Both the position numbers and the translations under genes were made by a program. From the NCBI GenBank assembly GCA_973895155.1, contig OZ316897.1, positions 10,625,832 to 10,689,831 of the forward strand: a DNA stretch of 64,000 nt. Direction: 5' to 3'. The notes under the pieces are model-generated. The model had not been told where the DNA came from. It did no database searches and saw only the letters and a list, made by a program, of their open reading frames with translations. The stretch is from Marsupella aquatica. Lineage: Eukaryota; Plantae; Marchantiophyta. This document shows, in pieces, positions 1-12,093 of this stretch (the first letter of the stretch is position 1; each line of letters starts with the position of its first letter).

Positions 1-2404
1 AAGGTAACAACCCTATTGATCGGGATGACACTTCCAAAATGTTTCCTTTCAGATGTCATGACAATCATTCATATCAAGTGACCAGTCGGCTCACCGGTCC
101 ATTCTGGCTTTAGATCCAGTTGAGAGACAATTGTACTGTGCTCCTCTCAATCCTTCATGGACTACACTAGCTGGGTCACTTCCCAAACATGCTGATGAGT
201 GTGCAATGTAATTTTGGCCAGAGAATTCATTACTAGTGTTGACTTCAGGCTGGAGAAAAGTGGACCAAACGTTTGGGATTCTCTCCGCATAGTAAAAAAA
301 AATTGGATTCTCTCCCAATGGTCAATTGAAAAGTTTCATATTGTCTCTCCCAATGGACCTTTGGAACTCAATACACCCTCAAGTGACCTCCTCTACCACT
401 TGGGCTTACCTTGAGGGGTCACTTCCACAAGTTTTGTCATGTAAGAACACATTAAGGGGAATTTTATTCATTTTAGGAAAGTACATAGAAGTAGCAAGGA
501 AGTAAGGAGTAATCATTCAAAATTGCCACATGTCATCACACAATTTATCATTTGCCACATATTTGGTGGTTTTTTGAGCTTCCTATTCTTTTGAAAGGAG
601 CTGGTTCAATAGGGGCCTTTGCACAGCATATACAAAAATCATATAAGGTGAATTCCTTGAGGGCTGACCATCTAGCCTGACATCACGTACTCTGGTTGGT
701 TGTGTGTGGTAATATGGGAAAGCGTGCTTGTGTACGTAGTTCAGGAAGTTTATGACCAAATTGGAGCATGCAATCACCATATATAGCCCCTGGGCCTTGT
801 TGTTAGTTTGAATACATAGTGCACATTGTCTACGCACTACAAACGTACAACTGATGATCACTTAATATGAGGTCTTGACACAAATTCTCAAAAACCTCGT
901 CTGTATCCCTCCCATCCTTTGACACTCCCCCTCCTTGATGATTCCTCCCTCCCATCTCTCACCACTCCCCCTCCTCGACCATCCTTGCCTTGTTGAGTAA
1001 GCAATAGCTACTCAAAGACAACATGCACATGTGCAATGTCCAACAAACACATGAATGGTTGACACAAGAGATTCACCCAGGGCTTTACCTCACAAGAGGC
1101 TACATATATATGTAGAGGAACACACAAGGGAGCTTTATTGACCTCGATGCCCATCAACCATATGAAGTCTTCATAAACTTCATTTTTCCCTAGCTTTTAG
1201 ATGACTTTGTAACAATGAGCCTAAGTTCCACTCACAAGCTAAGTCTGACTAATGAATATTATAGTTGTAGTCACACATTTAATCTAAATCAAGTCCCTGG
1301 TTACGGTTAGACTAACTATGATTGCATAGTAACTCTAGACCCAAGGAGTCAATGGCTAACATTTCAATTTCCCCCTTGCCTCTTTTTTATGCAAGTGTAT
1401 CATTAGTCTGCTGGAGGTATTAATTGGAAAACTAAACAAGGTTTGCCATTTCTAACGAGAGTTTAACTAAAACTCACTTATCGCCTAAACAAGAATGAGT
1501 AAGCTCATAAATATATCAAATATTGCAAAACTATTAAGTTATCCTAGCTACCAAGCTAGCTACTTGTAACATCGTATAATCTGTGATGTGACACAATGTT
1601 GGGAAAGTAAAACTCTTCAAAGAAAGAACTTTCATATATAGGTGTAAATATATTGCATTGAATTTACCATCAATCGACTAGCTCAAATATTTTATCAAAC
1701 ATAACTATCTAATAAAGTAGTATCCTATGTCAACATGCTTCAATATATCACTCTGTGGTCCATCATGTAGTTCCCCGCGTAGTTTATAGAAAGATGTGAT
1801 TCACTTATATCCTAGATGAAGCTCAACATGCATACTCATCATTGAATACATTGGCTGTTCCAGCAACATTTGCAACATTTGCTGAAAAAGAGTCAATAAA
1901 CTTACCTGGAAAATACTTCTAGCTTCCCCTGGCTAAACTTGTCATATATATGTTTAGCAAAAAAAATAGATTTATGTCTTGGGACTTTCTAGATCTGAAA
2001 TTCTAAACTAGATTTACCTTTGTCTTTGTCATTTGTCCGCTATATTGTAATCTGACTACCACAATTTACATTTAGTGCAATGCTAGACAATGTTGATGAC
2101 ATCGTCAATTTTTGCTAGCCTATGAGTCAGTATAGCACTGACTTAATATTTCATTGTAACTGATGGTCCTCTCTCATGATGAAACAATACATTTAACCAT
2201 ACCTGACAATGATTGGTAAATGAGGGCAAAGGGCTAAGATTGAGGGTGAAAAGCCTTGCTTCCCACCTTGCTTTCATCACTCAAATTCTCTCAAAGATAT
2301 TGCAAATCAATGACAAGGTTGTTGAATCCATCTAACAATGCGATCTTAAATCTTTATGTTGTCATCCTTCAATTTGAAGTTCATTAGGTTCAAGGACGTG
2401 CATG

Positions 2405-2886
2405 TATCATGCTACCTTTACCAGGTTTCCATTGCACGGCATCCTCAACGGTGTTGCTGTTCAAGTTCATGTTACCCTTCAACGGACTCACATTGTGCAT
2501 AAGGCCAGACGATTACATCAGACCCTTATTGAACTCACTGAACTGACTGGGCTTCTAGGGCTTCTACTGGCACTAGTCACGCATAGCTTAGGTCTTTGTT
2601 GTTGGAGCCCTGTTCATTCCAGTGTTGAGGCCCCCCTTTGCCTGCGGGCGGTGCCTTGTTTGCCTGTTGTGTAACTTAGTTTGTTTGTTTTTTTGTTTTC
2701 GCCCCCCTTGGCTTGGCCCTTCTTTAGGAGGTGACCTTGTGTACTATTGGGGTGCCTTTTGGCGCTTAGTCGCCAATTTGGGTGTGTGTGGCCAGGCTCT
2801 GTGTGGTTTTTTGCCTGCCTCACTGGTCTTCGCCGCAGTGGGTTCTCTAATAAACACGTATTTCAACCCCCCAAAAAAACAAAAAA
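2405..2886 (+). mobile_element. 5'-truncated LINE 3' end inserted in the Copia gag region
   Basis: GT-rich tail with AATAAA (about 2849) and an A-rich end (2873-2886). Copia gag-like sequence appears to resume on both sides. Imperfect flanking repeat GGACGTGCA/GGACATGTA. Confidence 0.45.
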
Positions 2887-3065
2887 GGGACATGTAGAGT
2901 GTGATTATTTGAAAGCTCTTTCTAATAGTACTTCTAGATAATATTGCACGCAATGCCTCAAAGAATGATGTGCAATGTACAGTATAAGAGCTTCAAGCAA
3001 GAGCCAAAACTCTATGATAGCTTGCCTACAAATATTGCATAAGTCATTTTTTTATTGTCCTGTCA

Positions 3066-3456
3066 TGTTGGGACATGATCTAGACCGAATGAGACAGCAT
3101 CAACATGTGTGAACATTCATCTATAGACTCCGACACTGAAAGTACATGGTTCACCCCGTTCGGGGTATGTCCATGCCGGCCATGAGAGAAATGCAGTAAT
3201 GCGAAATGATTACACCGGCCCATGTATTTTCAGTCTTGCCCATGATCAAAGGATGGCCGGTTCTTAGAGCTCCTCCTCTCACTCTCTTCTGAAGAGTGAA
3301 CCTTCAAGTGTGAGCACACATTTGTGTTCCCCTTGGGTATACCCGTTCCCATGGTCTATGGGAACCTGGAACTCAAACTAGTGCTATCCTAGTCTATTGA
3401 AGTCTAGCTAGTACTATGGAAGTATATAGGTTATACTAGAGGCATACCTTTAAACA
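3066..3456. mobile_element. Solo LTR (about 390 bp)
   Basis: TGTTG...AAACA termini. Flanks TGTCA and CATCA are compatible with a CGTCA TSD decayed by CpG deamination. Shares the GGTTCACC...GTCCA motif with the solo LTRs at 24344 and 43457. Confidence 0.6.
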
Positions 3457-3549
3457 CATCACACTAAATAAGTCCACACACATTAGTAAATCTTATATTG
3501 TACTGCTTAGCTTCCCTTAATCTACATGATGAGCTATGGCACGCTTTGC

Positions 3550-4737
3550 CGTTGGGAGGCAAGGCCAAGTAGGTGCGGAGGTTGAGTTCCAAGGGTGCTT
3601 GGCCCTAGACCATCAGTGGGGCAAACCGGGCATTGGTTGCTAGTATCGGGGCCATTATGGTCCCGGTGTGTTGGGACAAGCTTTAGGACAAGCTACGCTA
3701 TTTGGGCCATGAGCATGTCCTAGGGTCAGGGCGGTCAGTTGGTGATGGATAGGTACGAGGGGGAACCCGGGCCGCGCCCAAGGAAGGAGTTGTTCTGGAC
3801 GAACAGTGGGCGTGGTTCTGGTTCCGGCTTATAGCATCGGGAGGACCTATCGCTGACCTATTTACCAACGTCTGTTGAGCTTGAGTTAGGATGCTAGACT
3901 TGGCGAGTTTTAGATCGTGAAGGGTTACTTACTGAGGTGCTTGGTTGCTTGTGAAGACCCTGAGGACCGCTGAGTAGCGGTTGTGTTGGAGAGCAAGTGC
4001 GGCTTCGTATGGGAGGGGCCGTTGGTGATGCAAAGGGCACTAGGTTGCTTGCTCGAGGTATTTTGTGGAGGCGTTCGGGCACCAGGGGCACTTGGGGGTG
4101 AGTGCTGGGATTGGTGAGGACGTTGGGTGGCAAGGTCCACCACTCCGCCATGGCTCATGACTTTGGCTCGCCCTTAGCCCCCAGGGAGACACCACTCCCC
4201 TCATATATGCTTCTGCAGACCTGCCACCCCCGGACCTACTTTGGCCCCCCACCTTGACCCCAACCCGCATGTTTGGGCGCACCACCAACTGGAGATGCCC
4301 ATAACTTTCTAGTTAGGCGTCCGTAAGCGGAGTGCGTTAGCTCTTCCTCAGATGCCTAGGTCCTCAGATCCCATCGTGATCGGGCCAACCCGGTGTTCAT
4401 GCCTAGGTCCTCAAATCCCATCGTCACCCGAGACCCCCGATCGGCCAAACCCGGATCAGGCCATAACTCGTGCCCCAAGTGTCCATTGCCCATGGATTGA
4501 ACTCCATTGGCCTTGGGCCCATTCCGCTCAACCCGACCAGCCCTCGGCTAGTCTAAGTCCGTAGTGTGTGTCACCAGCTTAGTACCTTGCCTTCACTAGT
4601 GCCACGCCCCATTGTCCACAAGTCTCCCCATGCTGAGTCCTCCCCGGGTGGCCGTTCCGGGCCTGGACCATAGGGGAGCTCAGCGTTGAAGTCAGCGACG
4701 CCGGAACTAAATGTTAAGGTAGTCGAGTTCAATGACT
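3550..4737. mobile_element. Left half of a nested pair of AGT...ACT LTR-like elements (3' part of inner copy 3550-4144; 5' part of host copy 4145-4737)
   Basis: 3550-4144 aligns with about 45427-46024, and 4145-4737 aligns with 44533-45189. The terminus CCACCACT at 4144 is followed by CCGCC, and the terminus ...GACT at 4737 is followed by TTTTG. Confidence 0.8.
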
Positions 4738-5534
4738 TTTTGTGTAGGCATGCAATTTGCTGTTGGAATGTAGCTAGCAACTGGTTGCAGGGTCTCTTGG
4801 TGATTGGTAGGGTGAGGGGAGGGTGAGTTTAGTTAGACTCCTTCTATCTGTTGTGAGGAAGACACCTTTGATCACGTTACGCACTTTCCTCCTATATCAA
4901 ATATTGTGATGCATTTGGCTGGCCAGGAATGGTCAGAATTTTGACAGATCCAAACCAAGGACTTTTAATCAACTCCTGGTCTTCTCCAAAGCTCTTGATC
5001 ATCTACATGCAATTGCTTCAACATCACCACTGAGTAGGAAACATGGGTGACTTACTCAGGCCAAACTGCTATTGGAACGGGAACAACACAGAGTTCTGAG
5101 ACTTAGTGGAGTCCAACTTACTATTACACATTACTGAGCTGTATTTCCTTGGTCCTACCAATTTTGTCTTAAACACTTTCACTAGACACTTACCTCTGAT
5201 TTCAGTTCTTGGTAGACCTCACTCTTTAGAGGTGTGGTTGCCACTGTTGTTCACTTTTAGTTTACCATAGTTCTAGTTTCCATTAGGCTTCACCGGAGAC
5301 TTCTTTAGTACTGCCATCAAATTGCTGAATTTGTCCTGCAGTGGCACTCAATCGCTTGGTTTTCGTTATACTCTAGACGCTAACATCCATTGTATTACTT
5401 GGGTTTGGTGGATGGATGTCTATTCTCCTTTGGGGCTGTGGTTTTTTTCGCCCTTGATGGCCTGCCGCCTTTTGGCCTGCTTGTTCCCGTGCTTGTTTCA
5501 CGCGGAATAAAGGTCAAATTTAAATTAAAAAAAA
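4738..5534 (+). mobile_element. L1-type LINE, 3' part (ORF2 C-terminus, 3' UTR, poly-A)
   Basis: Translates LCRHAICCW at about 4740-4766 and IWLARN..F at about 4913-4940 (L1 ORF2 C-terminal W..RN motif). AATAAA at 5506 and an A-tail ending at 5534. Confidence 0.75.
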
Positions 5535-6184
5535 GATACACCAAATTTTGTGGTTTGAGATTCCTAGTGTACTACCCAGCAAACAAACGTGACCTTTGTT
5601 GTATTCAGGCAAATAGTACAATATTCCAATTGTTGAGTCAATACCATGTTTTCCTGTGGATGAATGGATGGGATTAATTTGTGTGTTTCAGGAAAATCAT
5701 AAGGAGTGGAACGTGGTGGGAGTCAAGGCAAAGCAACTGATTAAATCACAGAAAGATAACAATATCATCATGACGCTCCGCTTGTTGAATTGAGCCTGTG
5801 TTATCCTGCAGATGATGGATGGGATTAGTACATCATGGGTTAGGGCACCTCCGATAAGGTTATGGCAGGGACAATAGCACCTTGCCATATGGCGGGCGAC
5901 CAATCAGAAGAAACCTCAGGTTAAGTACTGGGGTTAAGTTAACCAGTATAGGAAAAGGGGGTCATGGTAGGAATACAAATAGTTTGGGGATGAGTTGACA
6001 ATAAGAATCAGTCTGGGGCTCAGGTTAGTAAAAAATGGTTTGCCAAAATGTCACTCCAAATTTGACAATGCATAGATCTAAAGGTCACAACCGGATTGTA
6101 CAAGTCAAGCACAAGTGGAGCCTTTGCAACTTGCCATAGAGTGGACGAGTCCTAGTACATCACTATCTTGTTTTATTAGAAACA

Positions 6185-7192
6185 CTAGCTTGATGCCTGT
6201 GCATTGCACGAAAGATTTTGAGGAGAGAGCAAGATGTTGAGGCGAAGGCAAGATGTCAAGGAGAGGCCAAGATTTTGAGGCATGCGAAGATGTTGAGGTG
6301 AGGGCAAGATGTCAAGATGAGGAAAAGATAGGGAGGTGAGAGAAAGATGTCAAGGCAAGAACAAGATGTCAAGGAGAGAAAAGATGTTGAGGGTGACGGA
6401 AAGATATTCTAGTGAGATGAAAATGTCAAGGTGAGCAAAAGGTAAGATGCCGAGTTGAGGAAAAGATGTCCAGGTAGCTGAGAAAAAGATCTCAAGGAGG
6501 GGAATGATGTCAAAGGTGAGAAAATATGTCTTGGTGAAATTAAGATGTCAATGTGAGAAAAAATGGCTAGATAAAAGAAAGATGTCAAAGTAAAGTTGTT
6601 GTGGCACTGGTGTTTAATAACCTGTGCATTGCACATAGAAATTGGAGACGTCAGATAACGACCACCGCATCTATTCAACCCATGTTTATTATTTTAGCCA
6701 ACTTTTTATTCTTTTATCCAATTTTTTCTGGCCTCCCTTCCCCTGCCCCCCCCCCCCCCCCCATCCTCTCCCTTTGTTTCCTTGCTTTGCCCTCTTGCCC
6801 TCCTAGTGCCTTGTCCTTCCTCCTCCCCCTTTTTCTTCCCTTTACCACCATTAAAAAGACTAAAAAAGGAGTTGAAAATGGGAAGAAAAGACAATTAACC
6901 TCCAAAAAATTAAATCCTCCACTTTAAGAGTAAAAGCCAAAATAATCCTCGTAGTGCTCTCTCCTTGCCAAAAACCATCATCTCAAGTCAATCTATTTTC
7001 ACTTTAATTTTCCATGCCAAAATGTACTCTAAATAGACCATAAAATAATCTACTTCCACTTTAATGCTCAATGCAAAAAAAGTACTATAAGCAAGTTACA
7101 ACATAACTACAGTAAATTGTTCCCCCCCCCTTTTTTTCCTTTTGTAACAGGACAATGGACCTTTTGGCGAGATTCATTAGTATAGTAGTAGA
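6185..7192 (-). mobile_element. Non-autonomous Helitron carrying a minisatellite
   Basis: On the minus strand, A|TCTACTACTATACT at 7192, then the hairpin GTGCAATGCAC and CTAG|T ending at 6185. A second hairpin with CCAG lies at about 6607-6635. Confidence 0.75.
6225..6590. repeat. Minisatellite, about 18-19 bp unit (GGCAAGATGTCAAGGTGA-like)
   Basis: Recurrent AAGATGTCAAGG / AAGATGTTGAGG. The reverse-complement array is at 30275-30680. Confidence 0.85.
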
Positions 7193-7890
7193 TAAAATAT
7201 ATATTTATTGTACATTATTGAAGAATATTGAAGTTTTGACAAAGTAAGAAAAAAGTGAACAGAAATGGGTATGGACTCTGAACTACTGTAGGTATATGCT
7301 TGATGGACCTAGTGAAAGGTTTATTACAATTTGGACCCCCTTTCACACTTTTTTTAGATGTTCTTGTCTAGGAGTGACTTGAGGACATCAACATAAGATG
7401 GGTCTACTCTTATAAGTAGCCAGTTGTTGATACTGAATCAGTGTTATGCTTTTAGATCATAAAGCTAGATGACACTAAGTTCCACGATCCAGAGATGGGA
7501 GCCTCGTGAGAGATTTTGGTCCCTCTGTACATATGATATGGATTTTAGATTTGCGTTGCGTTTCATTGTCATGTTTGTGACAGATCTTGCACTCTGTTCA
7601 GTGCATTGAGCATCAACAATCAACTACTCAGTAATGCAGCTAACACTGAAAGGCTTCCAATGATCCTACCAGTGCGGGCAAGTTCCCTGCCCCCTTTTAC
7701 CAAAGGACATTGCCCTGGTTAGTCTATTGAGGTCAAGTGCCCCAGACGTCTTGTAAAGTCCTCCTAAGTCACTCCATCTTTGTAGACTGTTGATCAATGT
7801 CCTATTTCATTGTCATGTTTAGTGAGAGGTCTTGCACTCTTTCAGTCTATTGAGCATCAACAATGAACTATCTTTAGTTAGTAGTGTAGC

Positions 7891-9841
7891 AGTCGCGAAT
7901 ACAACTTTCACCTACTCGTAATTGCTCTAGCGTTGCCTAACTCCAGCGTTGAGCCCCTCTTAGATTTGCTACCATCATAGCCATTAGGGATGCGACTAAC
8001 AAAGAGGAGGCTAGTAAGAACAAGGACAAGACTTGAGAAAAACGCGCTCCAATTTAATTCTATTGGGCCCATTGCCGATCAAGGAAAAATGAACTATTTT
8101 TCCGACGGATCACCATAGGGGCCCGAGAAGCCCCACATGAGCCCATCATGGGCTGCATATTTCTTGGCCAACGGACCCAGGGGCCAAAAGTTATGGCTGA
8201 CTCAAGCCGCATACTTGTAGTTTGGGCCCGTTGCCGATCACGGAAAAATGAACTATTTTTCTAACGGATCACCATAGGGGCCCAAGAAGCCCCACATGAG
8301 CCCAATCATGGGGCCACATATTTCTTGGCCAACGGACCCAGGGGCCAAAAGTTATGGCCGACTCAAGCCGCATACTTGTAGTTTGGGCCCGTTGCCGATC
8401 ACAGAAAAATGAACTATTTTTCTGACAGATCACCGTAGGGGCCTGAGAAGCCCCACATGAGCCCAATCATGGGGCTGCATATTTCTTGGCCAATGGACCT
8501 AGGGGCCAAAAGTTATGGCCGATTCAAGTTGCATGCTTGTAGTTTGGGCCCATTGCCGATCACGGAAAAATTAACTATTTTTCCAACGGATCACCATAGG
8601 GGCCCAAGAAGCCCCACATGAGCCCGATCATGGGGCCGCGTATTTTTCGGCCAACGGACCTAGGGGCCAAAAGTTATGGCCAATTTAGACTCGATTAGAG
8701 TCGCCGCGCATCGATGGACCAAGAGGGGGTTGCCTGGACCAAGAGGGGGTTGCCTGGACCAGATCGGGGTTAGGGCCATAACTTTTAGCCCCCTATGCCA
8801 CAATTTGTGCTCGAGGCCAAGTTACGAAAGGTTTTCGATTATCTTCATTTCGAGCTAAGTGGCAGGGCCCACGGACCCTTGGGTAGGGGGCCAAAGATAG
8901 GGGACCAAAGCTGGTCCGGGGGTGGCAGGTCCCCAGAAGCATATATGAGGGGAGTGGTCCTCTCAAGTTTGAGATCGAGCTGATCGCGATCGACGAAGAT
9001 ACGTCGTTTCGAGTTTTGAAGCGGAAACAAACATAACTCGACGACCGGATCTCCGTTGGGGGAGTTCTTGGGCTCATTGGAAATCTAATGAAGAAAGATA
9101 CCTCATGGTGCTCTTTGATTGTGCATTGGATGGTTTTGTTTTTGAGGCTTGCAATGGGGGGAGTCCCTCTTGCCGATCCGAAGTCGAACAGTGACCAAAC
9201 CGCATTTGGTTCCCACGGGGACCTGATGTTGGAGAGGTAGAACCAAGTAGACTCTGGGGGTTGCCGTTGAGATCTGGTCCCGATGCATGGTGAGAGGTTG
9301 AGCGGAACCCGGTTTCGCCGAGAGGTGGATAAGATCTAGAAATTGAATGGTCCAGGCGTGTTACTACTAGTTTGTGACAAACTGAGATTGGGCCATGGGC
9401 ATGTCCTGGAGGCAGGGCAGTTAGTCATTGACGGATAGAAAGTGGGGAAGCTTGGGTGAGATCCGATAGATAGACTGTTCCGGACGAACAGTGATGTCGA
9501 CCTTAGTTTCAGCTTATGGCAAGGCCATGCGGGCCTGGGAGGCTCTATCCGCTGACCTACTTACTAACGACTGTTGAGCTTGATGCAAGACAATGGTCTT
9601 GGGGGTTCCGAGATCAAGACGGATTCTTACCGGTTGGTTGGTTGCTTGTGCAGATAGTAAAGACCGTTGAGCGACGGTTGTGCTAACGAGGGCAAGTGCG
9701 GCTTCATATGGGAGGGGTTGCTAACGACAAGGAATATAGTCGGAGAGAACTTGCCCCAACATTCCGTGTTAGTGCAAGGTTCGACTTGTTTCAAGGCTGA
9801 GAGACAAGTTTGGACGGGCACGTGGTGGGAGGGCCACCATT
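7891..9841 (+). mobile_element. Solo LTR-like element with AGT...ATT termini (divergent member of the 3550/44234 family)
   Basis: Starts AGTCGCGAA and ends CCACCATT, flanked by the TSD GTAGC (7886-7890, 9842-9846). The block GCATATATGAGGGGAGTGG is shared with the other copies. It sits in the second copy of a local ~245-bp duplication (7560 and 7805), which supplies the empty site. Confidence 0.75.
8063..8683. repeat. Tandem repeat, about 160-bp unit, nearly 4 copies, inside the LTR-like element
   Basis: Units start TTGGGCCC(A/G)TTGCCGATC at about 8063, 8222, 8383 and 8544. Confidence 0.9.
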
Positions 9842-11179
9842 GTAGCTGATGCTGAAATGCATAAAAACAACCCCACCAATATACGTGGACAAACTCCCTG
9901 CCCCTTTTTATTAGAGGACATTGAGCTGGTCTGTTCTGCCATCCTTGAGGGCAACTCTCCTCCATATTCAAATGAATATTTAACCTAATACTATGAGAAA
10001 ACAATGGAAAATGGCTGTAGCACTGCTATTAAAGGGGCAAGTGGGTTCTTGAAAGGTGGCAGTCACCAAAATAGGCTATCAAAAGTATAAAATATGGTTG
10101 CCCTGTTATGCCGGATTAGGGTTTAGGCATTTTAGCTTCATTTGAGGGTTACCCTGGAGGAATGAGAGACTAAGATTGTCTCCACATTTTTCAGAGATCA
10201 AAAGGAAACCCTCACCACCTTGGTTTTGAGGATATTGAAATACACACCTTAGCACAGTGGTCAAGGGTTTGATGGGGATGGAAGATCGAGGGCTCAAAAA
10301 CTGGGAGTATATGCTAGCCTTTTACATGGAGCCAATGCTAAGAAATTGAAACTTTAATGTGAGGGTACTTCTGCGACCTGGAAGACACTACAAAACCGAT
10401 TTTAAAAAAATAAACAAAAAGATTAAAGGGATTCTGTTTAGATTAGAAAAATTAGGAAAAACCAAAAATAAACTGTCCTAAGCAGATTAAAAATAATTAC
10501 CTTTGAAAAATAGCATTCCTGAGCAGGTGAGGTGGATTGGTCATAAATGAAGGTAAACAAAGTAATGAAACCTGCCCAAACTGCTGTGCTAAAGAAACTT
10601 GCAAAGGAAACACTACAGTAGTTGGGACCGTGTGTGCGAAGAGTGAATGTCACCTTTCTATTCTAATTTTGGCACATTAGGGACTTGGGAATGTTTTGGT
10701 GACTTACCTTCCAAACTTAATGGTCCAGATCTGATCATACACAGATCTAAAGTCATAGCACGACAATACCAGTCAAATAGACAATTCCTGATGATCGGAA
10801 GCTTCTGGTAGGCTTCTCATCTTTTTTAGTGACTTGTCACAATCAATGGTCGAGATTTGATGATGAGCTATCTAAGGGTCATAATGTGAAGGTACAAGTC
10901 AAGAACACTCTCGGAAGGTTCTAAACCCTCGATAAGTGCCACCAGCCCAAAAATAATATAAAAAACACTGCATGGAACTACTGTAGTTAGTGCACAAAAG
11001 GTCATCGCCTTCATTTTTCCGACCACAGGCGACGAGACACCTCAAATGGACATGTCCAGGAGTTTGACACCTCCGACTGTAATTGAGGACCACCTTTACC
11101 GTACTATCCCAGTCTGTTCTACTGGACTCTGACTGCAGGTTTCCCGCTTTACAATCATGCTGTGTCCGGGCCAGAGTGA

Positions 11180-11334
11180 TGACTCAGCAGACACGTGGAT
11201 GCCATTCGTTTGTGCGCAGAGACTTCCACCTGCGAAAAGCGCGGGTAGAAACACGAGAAGGAGCATCCAGTTACCAGTCGCCAGCAGGCATCAGCGCTCC
11301 TAAGCTCTGCTTTGATCTAAATCTAAGTATAAAT
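11180..11334 (+). promoter_or_regulatory. Candidate promoter of the USP gene: TGACTCA, ABRE/G-box (GACACGTGG) and TATA
   Basis: TGACTCA at 11180-11186, GACACGTGG at 11190-11198 and TATAAAT at 11328-11334, upstream of the ATG at 12094. Motif match only. Confidence 0.4.
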
Positions 11335-12093
11335 TAGTTTCAAATTACTTCCGAGCTGATAGCTGATTAGTCCCTGACAGGATTAGTTGCTCTTCGATCG
11401 TGATGCTCGTCTTCCTCTCTAACTGCAGTTAAGTAAGAGACTGACATCGACGGCCATGAAGCCCCTCCCTCTGGGGATCTTATCGTTACCGCCGTCGATC
11501 TGAGCCGGAGGATGACCGGTCGAGGGGAAATAAACCCCAGTAAAGCAGACTTGAAGGGGGCAGATGATCTGTCGATTGATTGATCGATTGCACTCAAATG
11601 AAAGCTCTGGAATTCGATTTTGATTGAGATTGATGAATGTAAACAGTGGGTTGAGGAGTGGGTTGAGGTCGTTGGGAAGAATGTGGATGAGCTGTCTGAA
11701 TTCAAGCCTAAAGCTTGTTCCGTATTTAGGACCGAGTGTTGTTCGTGCTGCCTCGTACAGAACGTTTGGATTCTTTCTGTTAGCTCCTTCCACATTGCAA
11801 TTTCATCGATCTGATTGTGAGCAGCAGAGCTCTGTTGGGTCTTCAGTTTTTGAGCTACACTCCAAATGATTGCATCGATCTGTTAGTAGAGTCGGAGAGC
11901 TCTGTTGGGTCTGAATTATTTAGCGACATTCCAATCGCATCAATCTGTTTGTAGTAGAAGTAGTAGGAGATCGTGGTTGGGTCTTGAGCATTTGAGCTAC
12001 ATTTCGCGAACTAAAGCTCTTGCTGATCACCTTATTGTTCCGAATTAAACTGGAGTTCAGTCTTCTATAGAGGAGAGAGAGAAAGAAAAGAAA

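Larger units (their letters stand above)
991..3540 (-). mobile_element. Degenerate Ty1/Copia LTR retrotransposon (3' LTR, PPT, pol and gag remnants)
   Basis: LTR at 991-1361 (TGTTGAG...CTAACA) is followed by a PPT-like TTCCCCCT at about 1369-1376. Minus-strand remnants include KHVDIGYYFIR (Copia RNase H C-terminus, about 1710-1740) and gag-like NLMNFKLKDD...FNNLVIDLQYL (about 2290-2390). Many stops; interrupted by a LINE tail and a solo LTR. Confidence 0.7.

Noticed and set aside
185-260. CTGATGAG resembling a hammerhead ribozyme core
   Set aside because: I could not find a properly placed GAAA with closing stems.
6225-6590. CRISPR-like array
   Set aside because: Contiguous degenerate units without unique spacers, no cas genes, eukaryotic context.
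7885-9839. Canonical TG...CA boundaries for the LTR-like element
   Set aside because: They give no TSD. The AGT...ATT boundaries give GTAGC and agree with the other copies and the empty site.
11367-11795. Minus-strand ORFs upstream of the USP gene
   Set aside because: Non-ATG starts, low complexity and no domain. They lie in the probable USP leader.
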